From the NCBI GenBank assembly GCA_002189035.1, contig CM007990.1, forward strand, positions 558,001 to 622,000: a stretch of 64,000 nucleotides of DNA. Direction: 5' to 3'. The DNA comes from Utricularia gibba. Its lineage: Eukaryota; Plantae; Magnoliophyta. The first letter of the stretch is position 1; each line of letters starts with the position of its first letter. The notes beneath the pieces are model-generated. The model was not told the DNA's origin, searched no databases, and saw nothing but the letters and a program-made list of their open reading frames with translations. The translations under genes were made by a program, and so were the position numbers. Positions 54,070-64,000 of this stretch are shown piece by piece.

Positions 54070-56240
54070 TCATTGCTCGGTAAGAGGCTTTCGGACAAGC
54101 ATGAAATACATGGGCGTGAAGATCTCCTTTCTGCGAGAAGGAATCCGATCAGGGATAGGAAGAATGGGGGTGGTGTATAGTGGCGAAAGAGCCTTACTTC
54201 GCTCCGGCGACTAGTCCGTCTGCAGCCTTCTCCAAGAAAGCTTGAACTCTCTGGCTTCCCTTGGGAGCGATTCCGATGCTCTCTAGAGCTTTCACCTGAA
54301 GGGATAGATAAGCGAAACAGACGATGAACTTTAAGCGCATTCTGGGAATCTCACCAGGTTTCGGGTGACGAAGCGGCCGGGGACCGTTAATCGGAAGTTG
54401 CTCAGGGAGAAATGGCTTGGGTCGATCGGCAAGTACCAGGGGACCGGCGAGTCTTCTGCAAGATCCTTCTCCCACACGACCTGTGAAGATGTTGGAAATG
54501 ATGAAAACTTACTTCAAAGAGCAAGGAGGGAGGAGAAGCATGTAGTTGTTGGAATCTCAGGCGTACTTCAAAACCAGCTAACCGAATAGCTTCAAGGCAG
54601 TGGGATGTAAGACGAATGTCGGGGAGACCATTCCCGAGTTCAACTTCAGCCTTAATCTGCTGCTGCTCTGCGTTTCTGGGATCATATGCATTCGTCATGC
54701 ACCACTCGTAAGCAGCAAAGCATTGTCCAGGTTTGAGTACTCTGTATATCTCCTTATAGCAGCCAACCTGCACAGGGAAAGGCTGCATTTGAGTTCTTTG
54801 AAGACGAAGATTGATCCATTTCAGTATTACTACAGAAGTGGGGTTTCGTTTACTGCATCTGGGGCATGGCATGTTGCCTCAATGGCGTATGCAGCATCGA
54901 ATGAATTATCTGGGAATGGCATCTTCATGAAATCAGCCTGGAACATGCAGAAAGTTTAGAGATGGAGAAATGCAAGGGATCGAAACATGAAGTCCACCTT
55001 CACAAAATCACATGTTCGCTCCAGTCCTGCGAGGCGATTTAGAACCTGTTCCAGGGATCACACAGATTCGCTCAATGCAGCAGAAAAAAAAAACAGATGC
55101 TCAGGAGCAAAGAAAGAAAGTAGAAGGATACCTTCCCCTGGAAATTTGGTATTCGTTGTTGTTTAAACCAGTTACCGATGTGCAACTGCATGAGGCAGTA
55201 ATGTGAAATACACAAACTTTGCAGCTTCATCGAAATGGATATGGAGAATGAAATGGAAACCAGATGAATAAAGAAAGTTTCTTGCCTGAACCGAGCGATT
55301 TCTCGTAGCGGTCCACCAATGCCACACCCTACATCCAAGACCTGCAAAGAGGAAAAAAACCAGTGTTCTAAAAGATTGCATGTTACATGAAGAGAAATAC
55401 TAAGGATAAGGAACCTTCTGTCCTGGTTTCAGACCAAGTTGTAAGGCAAGGAAATGCTCGTGGCGCTTTATGCTCTCCCTTAGAGATTCACCTTTCCACC
55501 TAAGAAGCCATATTAATCGTGGGATCAGACCCAAAATAGGCTCCAGAGAGCAAATTGACAGAGATTTTAAGTATACTGCTCACCTCTGTGCAAAATGGAA
55601 TGATTCTCCCCATCCATACTCATAAAAACTTGTTACAAGATCATAGTATTTATTAACCTGCAAACTCATTTTTTCTGTTTTTAATTTCCCTTATGTTAGA
55701 TTTTAAACAGGCAATGAAGATGAAACTGATCAAAACCATAAAGAGCAATTTTTTGGCAAAAGAAGCCGGGCTCAAAACGAGCAGGTCTACAGAAGAGATG
55801 CATGATTCCCAGGAACAGGGCATCTCACCATGTCAGCATAGTTGGATTTTCTTTCTTCCTCATTGCCTCCATAGCAAACATGATACTTCTCATACCTGTT
55901 TTGCAGGCGGTACACGATGTCTCAGTCTTAACAGATAAAATGCATTAAAACCAATCCACCATGAGATTGACTTAAAAAAGCATCGACCTTGCATTAAAAA
56001 AACATCCATTTTGAGATCTGAAACAAAACAAATTGATAAAGGAGCACCTCTGATCCCCGTGAAACAGAAAAATGGGTTAATTTAAGCCCCCCAGATACAA
56101 AGAAGGTAACTTTTCACACACAGAGTACTTGGGTAAGATGCAGGGTGCAAGGAATACTTTTCAACAGCTGGGAGAACGTCATCTTTCACAATTCTTCCGC
56201 CAACCCCAGCCGCCAGATCCAACGCTCCTGCCCTAGACAT
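54070..56240 (-). CDS. SMT1: Cycloartenol C-24 methyltransferase (sterol methyltransferase 1); 1-nt frameshift near 55133-55138 as sequenced
   Basis: [97 protein letters not shown]-type motif, [12 protein letters not shown] intron at 55186-55285. Confidence 0.95.
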
Positions 56241-56581
56241 CACAATTCCTCTACTTTCCAAAGATTTCTAGGCTTCCCAGAAAAAGAAACTTCGAGATCT
56301 GATTCGAGGAGAATATTAAATAGGTTACGCCGCATTTATATATAACGTATCCGCATCAAACTGCTGACAAGCCACACGGGTTGTCGAAGTAACTAGCAGA
56401 CAAAAGTACCCGGAAATGCCAAACTCAAGACTGTTCAGAAGGATAGGAGTAAAGCTTGAATAGAGCGAACGCAAGGGCTGCAAGAGTGAGTAGAAGCTGT
56501 GACCACGGCCAATCTGTCTCAGCATGTGTGGTGTGATCTGCCGGTTCATTCGTGGGGTCCACCAGAAACGAAAAACGTTAA

Positions 56582-56770
56582 GGGCACGTTTGGTAGGGAT
56601 GGTTAGGCTAGTTTTACCAAATTGGATTTAATATTATACTTGTTTGGTAGAAGGGGTTAGTTTAATACCAGATTTAAATTAAATACCACTTTTTCTGGTT
56701 TTATGGATTTAAATTCAACCCACAATTCTCATGGATTTAAAATAAACAAGATGTTATCAAACACATTATA
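56582..56770. mobile_element. Degenerate PIF/Harbinger (Tourist-like) MITE relic, one end only
   Basis: TAA immediately followed by GGGCACGTTTGGTAGG (Harbinger-type TIR with TAA target), a subterminal TGTTTGGTAG at 56641 and a mirror-like ATCAAACAC near 56757. No intact 3' TIR found. Confidence 0.35.
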
Positions 56771-57737
56771 AAACCGAGTTTAAATAAAAACACTATTGAA
56801 AATCCACGGAATCATGAGGTGTGTGAGAAATCCTACAGCCTTCAATTGGATTCTGGTACATATCCCAATAGACTTGAAGTTTTACAGCAACCGATTTGCA
56901 AGTTCATATGCTTTTGTTCATAATGCTACTCGAGCAGAATGTTTACTTGCATTTCTTTAAAGAAGCCTCTCTGGGACTAAACGGGATGTTGAATGAAGTC
57001 AATCTGATATCAATCTCCATTGTCAACTGTACTTAAAAGGCAGTGTCTACAGCATAGCCCCCATACATGAATTTTCACCCGGGAGGTAAATTTCTTATTT
57101 GGCTGGTTCATACGCTTAATCTTGTATCATATGTTATTTCCTCCAACCCCAAACCCCTTTTGCTTATATTGTTCCTAAAGATTAATCGTGAAAAGCAACA
57201 ATGAAAGCACCCTCTATGCATTTTTTCACAATCCTTGTATAGAAACTTCTGTCAAGGGAAGCAAAGAATGCACACACTCTTCTGTTCGCCTTCTTTGTTG
57301 TTGCTCTGCACTTGGCTGTCGATATTTAATATTATGCAGCAGTATTTCTAATTGTTTACATGCAGCACCATGTTTCTGGTATGAAGTTTATTGTTTCAAC
57401 ATTCTCTGATTCCTTGTGTAAAAACCAGACAATTGCCATGCTTGTATTAACAAGGATTGCTTGTGGCATCATCGCCGACTACCCTTTGAAGATGGCTGTA
57501 GAGGGTAGAAGTTCCAAGTTAGAATCTCCAGGATTCAGAGATCAATGGCACTGAAACTGGGGAGGCTTTTGCAGGCCGCCAACAGAACGCAGGGGAGGAG
57601 CTTGGGATTCGAAATTCAAATTCGAAATTTGAAAATATATCCGTTACTATGCGATCCGCGCTTTCGTTGTGAAAATATAAATATTTATTTTTTTAACAGC
57701 ATTTTGTCCGTCTCTCAGCCGGAGCCCTAATTCAGTC

Positions 57738-60700
57738 ATGGCCGGAGCTAAGAAAGGTCCACTCATCTCCAGTAACAATGCGAACATTCTTCCGATGGAG
57801 ATCGGCGCTGCCGGAGCAAAGAAGACGATCGAGCAAACTTACCAGAAGAAGACGCAACTCGAGCATATCCTTCTCCGCCCTGATACGTACATCGGATCCA
57901 TTGAAAAGCACACCCAGATGCTATGGGTGTATGAGAACGATGGAATGGTGCTTAAGATGATCAACTATGTGCCTGGTCTGTACAAGATTTTCGATGAAAT
58001 TTTAGTTAACGCGGCAGATAACAAGCAGCGCGATCCGAAGATGGACTCCGTGAAGGTGACAATTGACGTTGAGTCCAACTCTGTGAGTATTTACAACAAC
58101 GGAGACGGAGTTCCCGTTGAGATTCACCAGGAAGAAGGGGTTTATGTGCCGGAGTTGATTTTTGGGCATTTATTGACGAGTAGTAATTACGATGATAACG
58201 AGAAGAAGACTACTGGTGGGAGGAATGGCTATGGTGCTAAACTGACGAATATTTTCTCTACTGAATTTGTAGTGGAGACAGCAGATGGCAAGAGGCAGAG
58301 GAAGTACAAGCAGGTACTAACGGTTTCATGGCTTATCTATTTCTCTGAGTCTGTATTTGTATCGGTTTCCTTGAAAATATGATTTCTGGATTATGTTAGC
58401 TTTATGTTGGTACGTTCTATACTGGAATCTGAGATATTGAATCTGTTGTGATGCACGTGTGGGACTTCTGATGTTTCTTGAAGGTTTTCTCTAACAACAT
58501 GGAGAAAAAAACGGAGCCTGTTATATTGAAATGTAAAGCCAGTGAGAATTGGACTAGGATTACATTCAAGCCAGACTTGGCAAAGTTCAACATGACTTGC
58601 TTGGAGGACGACGTTGTATCTCTAATGAAGAAACGTGTGATAGATGTGGCAGGATGCCTTGGTAAGACAGTGAAAGTGGAGTTGAACGGTCAACTGTTCA
58701 ATTTTAAATCATTTTCCAGTTATTGTGATCTTTATCTGAAAACTACAACAATGTCCAGTTCAGATCCTCTCCCGAGGTATGTGAGTTTTGGGTGAACTTG
58801 AGTTTTATGAGTTGATTCAGTCCTGGAGATGTTTAATGATGTATTGTGATAGGTTTGAAGAGGAAGTCCATGATAGGTGGCAAGTTTGTGTTAGTCGAAG
58901 TGAAGGACAGTTCCAACAGGTATGAAATTATCTTTTTATTTATCATTGAGTTGAATAAGGGGTCATGCTTCCTCACTTAAGGCTTGATTTTATTATTACC
59001 TTAATCAGGTGAGCTTCGTAAATGCAATTGCGACAGTCAAGGGTGGTACTCATGTGGATTACGTCACCAATAAGATAACCAGCCATCTTGTTAATGTAAT
59101 GAAGAACAAGAACAAGAAGAACAAAAAGTTCGACATCAAACCACATACAGTGAAAAATCATTTATGGGTGTTTGTCAATGCACTTATTGACAATCCAGCA
59201 TTTGATTCCCAAACCAAGGAGACTCTCACACTTCGAGCTCCTAGTTTTGGTTCTTCTTGGGAGTTCTCTTCAAAGTTTCTTGACAAAGGTATCGAGTTTT
59301 TAGTTTGTTTGTGATACCATTTTTCTTTCTTCTGCACGTCATTTTGAACTCATCAGTTTATCCAACTAAATGCAGTGGCTAAGTCAGATATAATGAAGAA
59401 CATTGAAGAGTGGGCAGATTTTAAACAAAAGAAAGATTTGAAGAAAACAGATGGATCAAAGGACAGGAGAATATATGGACTAGCAAAGTTGGCAGATGCT
59501 AATGAAGCTGGGGGCAGGAATTCTGAGAAGTGCACTTTAATTCTGACCGAGGGAGATTCAGCTAAGGCACTCGCTGTAAGTTGATATTTGTGTAGACCAG
59601 AATGCTGCTTCTCCCGTGGCTTACTTGGAATTTAGTATCTTCTTCATTCCTGATCAGATTGCTGGACTTTCCGTTGTTGGAAGAGATCACTATGGTGTGT
59701 TTCCTCTGAGAGGTAAATTACTCAATGTGAGGGAAGCCAGCCATAATCAGCTTATGAACAATGCCGAAATACAGCATATCAAACAGATATTAGGACTTCA
59801 GCATGGCAAGAACTATGACAGTGTCAAGTCACTTAGATATGGACACTTGATGATCATGACAGATCAGGTTTGTGTTATTGACTTGATGATAATGTTTCTT
59901 CAAGTATTGTTTAATGAATTGCATTTTTTTATGCAGGATCATGATGGTTCACATATCAAGGGTCTGTTGATTAATTTTATTCATTCTTTCTGGCCATCAT
60001 TACTAAAAGTTCCGACATTTTTGTTGGAATTCATAACTCCTATTGTCAAGGTTAGACAAAATATCCTTCTGTTATTAAATTTGAGGATTCCCTTTTCTTT
60101 ACATTTCCCATTTTGTAGGCTACTCATAAAACAACTAAAACTAGGAAAGCATTCTACACAATGCCTGAATATGAAGGTTGGAAAGAGAGTTTGGGTTCTG
60201 ATTCGAAAAATTGGTCCATTAAGTACTACAAGGTTTGTGTGCCTGCTGAAGTGTGACCAAGCTTGTAAGGTTTATGTTTGCACTGTTCACCTGCTGATAG
60301 TTGGCTTGCTACTGTTGTAGGGGTTGGGTACAAGCACAGATGCTGAAGGGAAAGAATACTTTGAAGATCTTAACAGGCACAAGAAGGATTTTGTATGGCA
60401 AGATGATGAAGATGGAGATGCAATAGAGCTGGCTTTTAGCAAGAAGAAAATTGAAGCAAGAAAGAGCTGGCTTCGACAATTTGAGGTATTAAACCTGACA
60501 AGCATTTCATCATAAAGTAGTGCATGTATGTTTGTTTTCTGTCTTCGTTATTGTAAAAGATTGTACTAATAAATATCCATAACACTCTTCTGCAGCCTGG
60601 CACCTACCTCAATCAGAAGGAAAAACACATCAAGTATCGTGACTTTGTACACAAGGAACTTGTTCTTTTTTCAATCGCAGATCTTCAGAGATCAATTCCG

Positions 60701-63559
60701 TCAATGGTTGATGGTTTGAAACCTGGTCAACGGAAGATACTCTTCTGCTCATTCAAAAGAAATTTCATCAAGGAAGCAAAAGTTGCACAGTTCTCTGGTT
60801 ATGTGTCGGAGCATTCTGCTTATCATCATGGAGAGCAAAGTCTAGCTAGCACTATAATAGGCATGGCACAAGATTTTGTTGGCAGCAACAACATAAATCT
60901 TCTCATGCCAAATGGTCAGTTTGGTACAAGAGACCAGGTGAGTTGAAGAGATGACACACTTCACCCACCTTTGTTTTTAATCTTATCAATTGTATTCATG
61001 TCGTTTGCCGTCTGATATTAGGGAGGAAAAGATCACGCCAGTGCTAGGTATATCTACACACAGCTGGCTCCTATCACACGATTCTTGTTTCCGAAGGCAG
61101 ATGATATTCTCCTTGATTACTTAAATGAAGATGGCCAATCAATTGAACCGACTTGGTAATTTTTCTTTTTCGTGTCTGGATTAACAAGAGTTGTTGATAT
61201 CTTCTATATATGACGTAATCCTGGATTTACAGGTACATGCCTATCATACCTTTGGTTCTCGTGAATGGAAGTGAAGGCATTGGAACAGGATGGAGTACCT
61301 TTATACCTAACTACAATCCTAGGGACATAATAGCCAATGTGAGAAATCTGCTTAATGGTGAAATGATGAATCCTATGCAACCGTGGTATAGGGGATTTAG
61401 AGGCTCCATAGAAAAAAACGCATCAAAGGAAGCAGGGAGCTATACAGTTTGTGGAATCATTGAGGAAGAAGATGAGACAACTTTAAGAATAACTGAACTT
61501 CCAATTCGAAGGTGGACCCAGGATTACAAGGAATTTTTGGAGTCAGTTTCTGCTGAAAATGAAAAAAGCAAGGACCCTTTCATCGAGGTAACTTGTTATT
61601 TCTGCGTTTTCAGACTCATTTGTGGAGAGAAGCTCCTTAGATGGATTTTTTGTTTTTGTTTTTTTTTGCTTTTTCAGGGCTGCAGTGATTATAGCTCACC
61701 CCATTTTCCCCATTTCATGGTTTATATGTCTTCTGAGAAATTATTTGCTGCCAAGCAAGAGGGCATGCTAAAGAAATTCAAGCTGACAACTACTATAGGC
61801 ACAACTAACATGCATCTATTTGACCCGAAGGGTGTAATCAAGAAATATGACACACCGGAGCAGAGTATGGCAATTTAATGCAGTTGTTTGTGTTTTTTTT
61901 TTTCTTTTTTAAGCAATTATATGAGAATTTTGTTTTTTCTTTTCTCCAGTCCTTGAGGAATTCTTCCATATCAGGCTTGAATACTATGAGAGAAGAAAGG
62001 TAAGCATTTCAATTTTGTGTATGTCAATTCCAAGGATGCTCTTCATGATATAAAGCCAATATTTTGTTCTTGCAGAAAGCTCTGTTGGCCAATCTTGAGT
62101 CTGATCTTATAAAATGCGAAAACAAGTACAGATTCATCCAATGTGTGGTGGAAGGTAGCATTATTGTCAGTAACAGGAGAAGGGCTGATTTGTTCCTTGA
62201 GTTGAAAGAAAAAGGTTTTGCTCCACTTTCAAAGAAGTCAGCCGCTGAAGCAGACTCATCCGATGATGCAGAAGAGAATGAAGAAAATGGGGAGTCGGCA
62301 AGCGATTATGATTACTTGCTGGCTCTGGCCATTGGTACCTTGACAGTCGAAAGGATGCAGGCTTTACGAGCTGAGAGAGATAAGCTTCTGCAAGAATTTG
62401 AGGACTTGAAAAGAGCATCATCAAAGTCTTTGTGGATGAAAGATCTGGATGCCCTCGAGGAGAAACTTAAGGTAAGCCCGAAAACGGGTTTTCTGCAATG
62501 AGGTAGATGGTGCTTTATTCCTTAATCTGAGCACTGAATCCAGGAACTGGAGAAGGAAGATCAAGCGAAGGAGAAGAACAGATCAAAAATGGTCGGCGCA
62601 AAGGTATCAAAACCAGTGTTGAAGATCCCACGGAAGAATAACAAGGCAACTAAAGTGCCAGTTAGTGAGCAGCCTGAACCAGCAGGTAACATCGGAGATG
62701 GTGCAGATAGCTTTTAAGAAAGTGCTTTTCTTTCTCTTTTTTATATAACGAAGTTTTTAAATCGTTGCGGGAAATGCAGATGAGGTTAAGAAACCAAAAG
62801 GGGTAGCGCGCACCAAAAGGAAAGCTCCTTCTGTTGCGAAGGTAGGGAAATCTTCACACGCTTTTGCATGAACTTGAAGTATCGGGCATGTCATTTATCT
62901 TGACATGATTTACGCAGGCTGTAGTCCCTGCCGATGATGATGAAATTTCTGATCTCAGACAGAGGATAGCATCATATAACTTTGACTCATCTCCTGATGG
63001 AATCGAAGGTAAACTGCAGAATGCTGCATGTTATTTCAACAGATCAAAAGTGAACCATACGAATCTTCTTTCAGGGAATCAAGCGATGAACAAGGAACAG
63101 ACAGGTGCAGCCCAGAGAACGATGTCTTCCACTGACATCGAGATCCTCGATGAAGACGATTTTGAGCCATCACAGGAAAAGAAAAAGAAGGCAGCTGCAA
63201 AACGAGCAGTTACCGCAGCCAAGCCTCCAGCTGGACCAAAGAAACGAGGATCGGCTAGCAAGCCCTCGCAGCTTGTAGGCCAGAGATTGATAACAGAAGT
63301 CTTGCAAGTTGAAAATCCCCGTGGAAAGAAAGCCAGGAAGCTGAGTAACTCAGTTTCTGAGGAAGAGGACACTTCTTCAGGCAACAGCACCACCGATGCT
63401 GGCTTCTTAAATGATCATCCTGCTCCTCCTGCAGTGAGACCCCAGAGAGCTAGAACCCAGAAAACATATACCATAAGCGACGATTCCGAAAGCGAACCAT
63501 CGGATAAAGACAGTGATGCTGCAGAAGATGACTCCGACTTTGCGGAGGATGATGATTGA
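57738..63559 (+). CDS. TOP2: DNA topoisomerase II (type IIA)
   Basis: YQKKTQLEHILLRPDTYIGS, KIFDEILVNAADNKQRD, GGRNGYGAKL, ILTEGDSA, PLRGKLLNV, IMTDQDHDGSHIKGL, DGLKPGQRK, YHHGEQSL, ASARYIYT, acidic/basic tail. 19 exons traced in frame. Confidence 0.97.
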
Positions 63560-63811
63560 TGATGCTGCTGCGTAATTTTTCTTCGCAGTCATTTCTTGTT
63601 GACTGAACGAAGTAATTGATTGATTTCTACTGAAGGGTTCATGTGTTCTTGAGCTGCTAGTTTGCCTTGAAAGGATGGAATGAACATTAAAACGTTCATT
63701 CCAATCCAATGCCTTGAAATGAATGATGCATAAGAGAGATCTTATCAGGGAGAGTCAAATACAGGAAAAAAAGCAAGGAACTGAGGCATTTGAGTTCTCT
63801 AAATATGGCTA

Positions 63812-64000
63812 TCACTTCACAAGGCTTCTCCTCTTTGCTTCCATTTTCAACAGGAGATCCTTGACATCATTCTCCATCCTCATTTTCATGTTGAAGTATT
63901 CTTGATAGGCTCGTTCAAGACTTTGCAGCTCTTCCATCTTCTGTTTATGGGTGTCCTCAGCCTCGGACAACCGAAGACGATTGATTCTGAGGGCGTATTC
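63812..64000 (-). CDS. OBE4: 3' end of an OBERON3/4 (TITANIA)-like PHD protein, C-terminal coiled coil (partial, runs off the window)
   Basis: EYALRINRLRLSEAEDTHKQKMEELQSLERAYQEYFNMKMRMENDVKDLLLKMEAKRRSLVK*, matching my recollection of the OBE4 C-terminus (MKMRME...LLxKME). Confidence 0.75.
   Translation of the reverse strand, partial: EYALRINRLRLSEAEDTHKQKMEELQSLERAYQEYFNMKMRMENDVKDLLLKMEAKRRSLVK

Overview
Gene-dense stretch of a compact flowering-plant (eudicot-like) nuclear genome: about 22 protein-coding genes and one tRNA in 64 kb, mostly 60-110 nt introns and short AT-rich spacers. The species cannot be determined from the sequence. Order: LEUNIG_HOMOLOG-like (+, apparently lacking its WD40 half), PRT1 (+), ICK/KRP CDK inhibitor (+), tRNA-Ala(AGC) 62 nt behind the KRP stop, NOC2 (-), plastid enoyl-ACP reductase (+), a miRNA-like/bistable hairpin, small AT-hook protein (+), WIP zinc finger (-), OEP80 (-), uncharacterised protein with a possible ADP-ribosyltransferase-like fold (-), ABCG11 (-), alpha-galactosidase (-), class I TCP (+), BRO1-domain protein (-), CDT1 (+), RAP (-), a hidden PSY-type sulfated-peptide precursor (+), ARF-GAP (+), PAO1 (-), SMT1 (-), TOP2 (+) and the 3' end of an OBERON4-like gene (-). 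Five genes (WIP, RAP, PSY-like, ARF-GAP, SMT1; possibly also PAO1) each need exactly one extra base in a short homopolymer to restore the reading frame, which most likely reflects assembly deletion errors. Best leads: the PSY-like peptide with EY instead of DY, the WD40-less LUH, the hairpin at 15.5 kb and the KRP-tRNA juxtaposition. Gene identities come from my recall of family motifs, not from database searches; exon boundaries were traced by hand.
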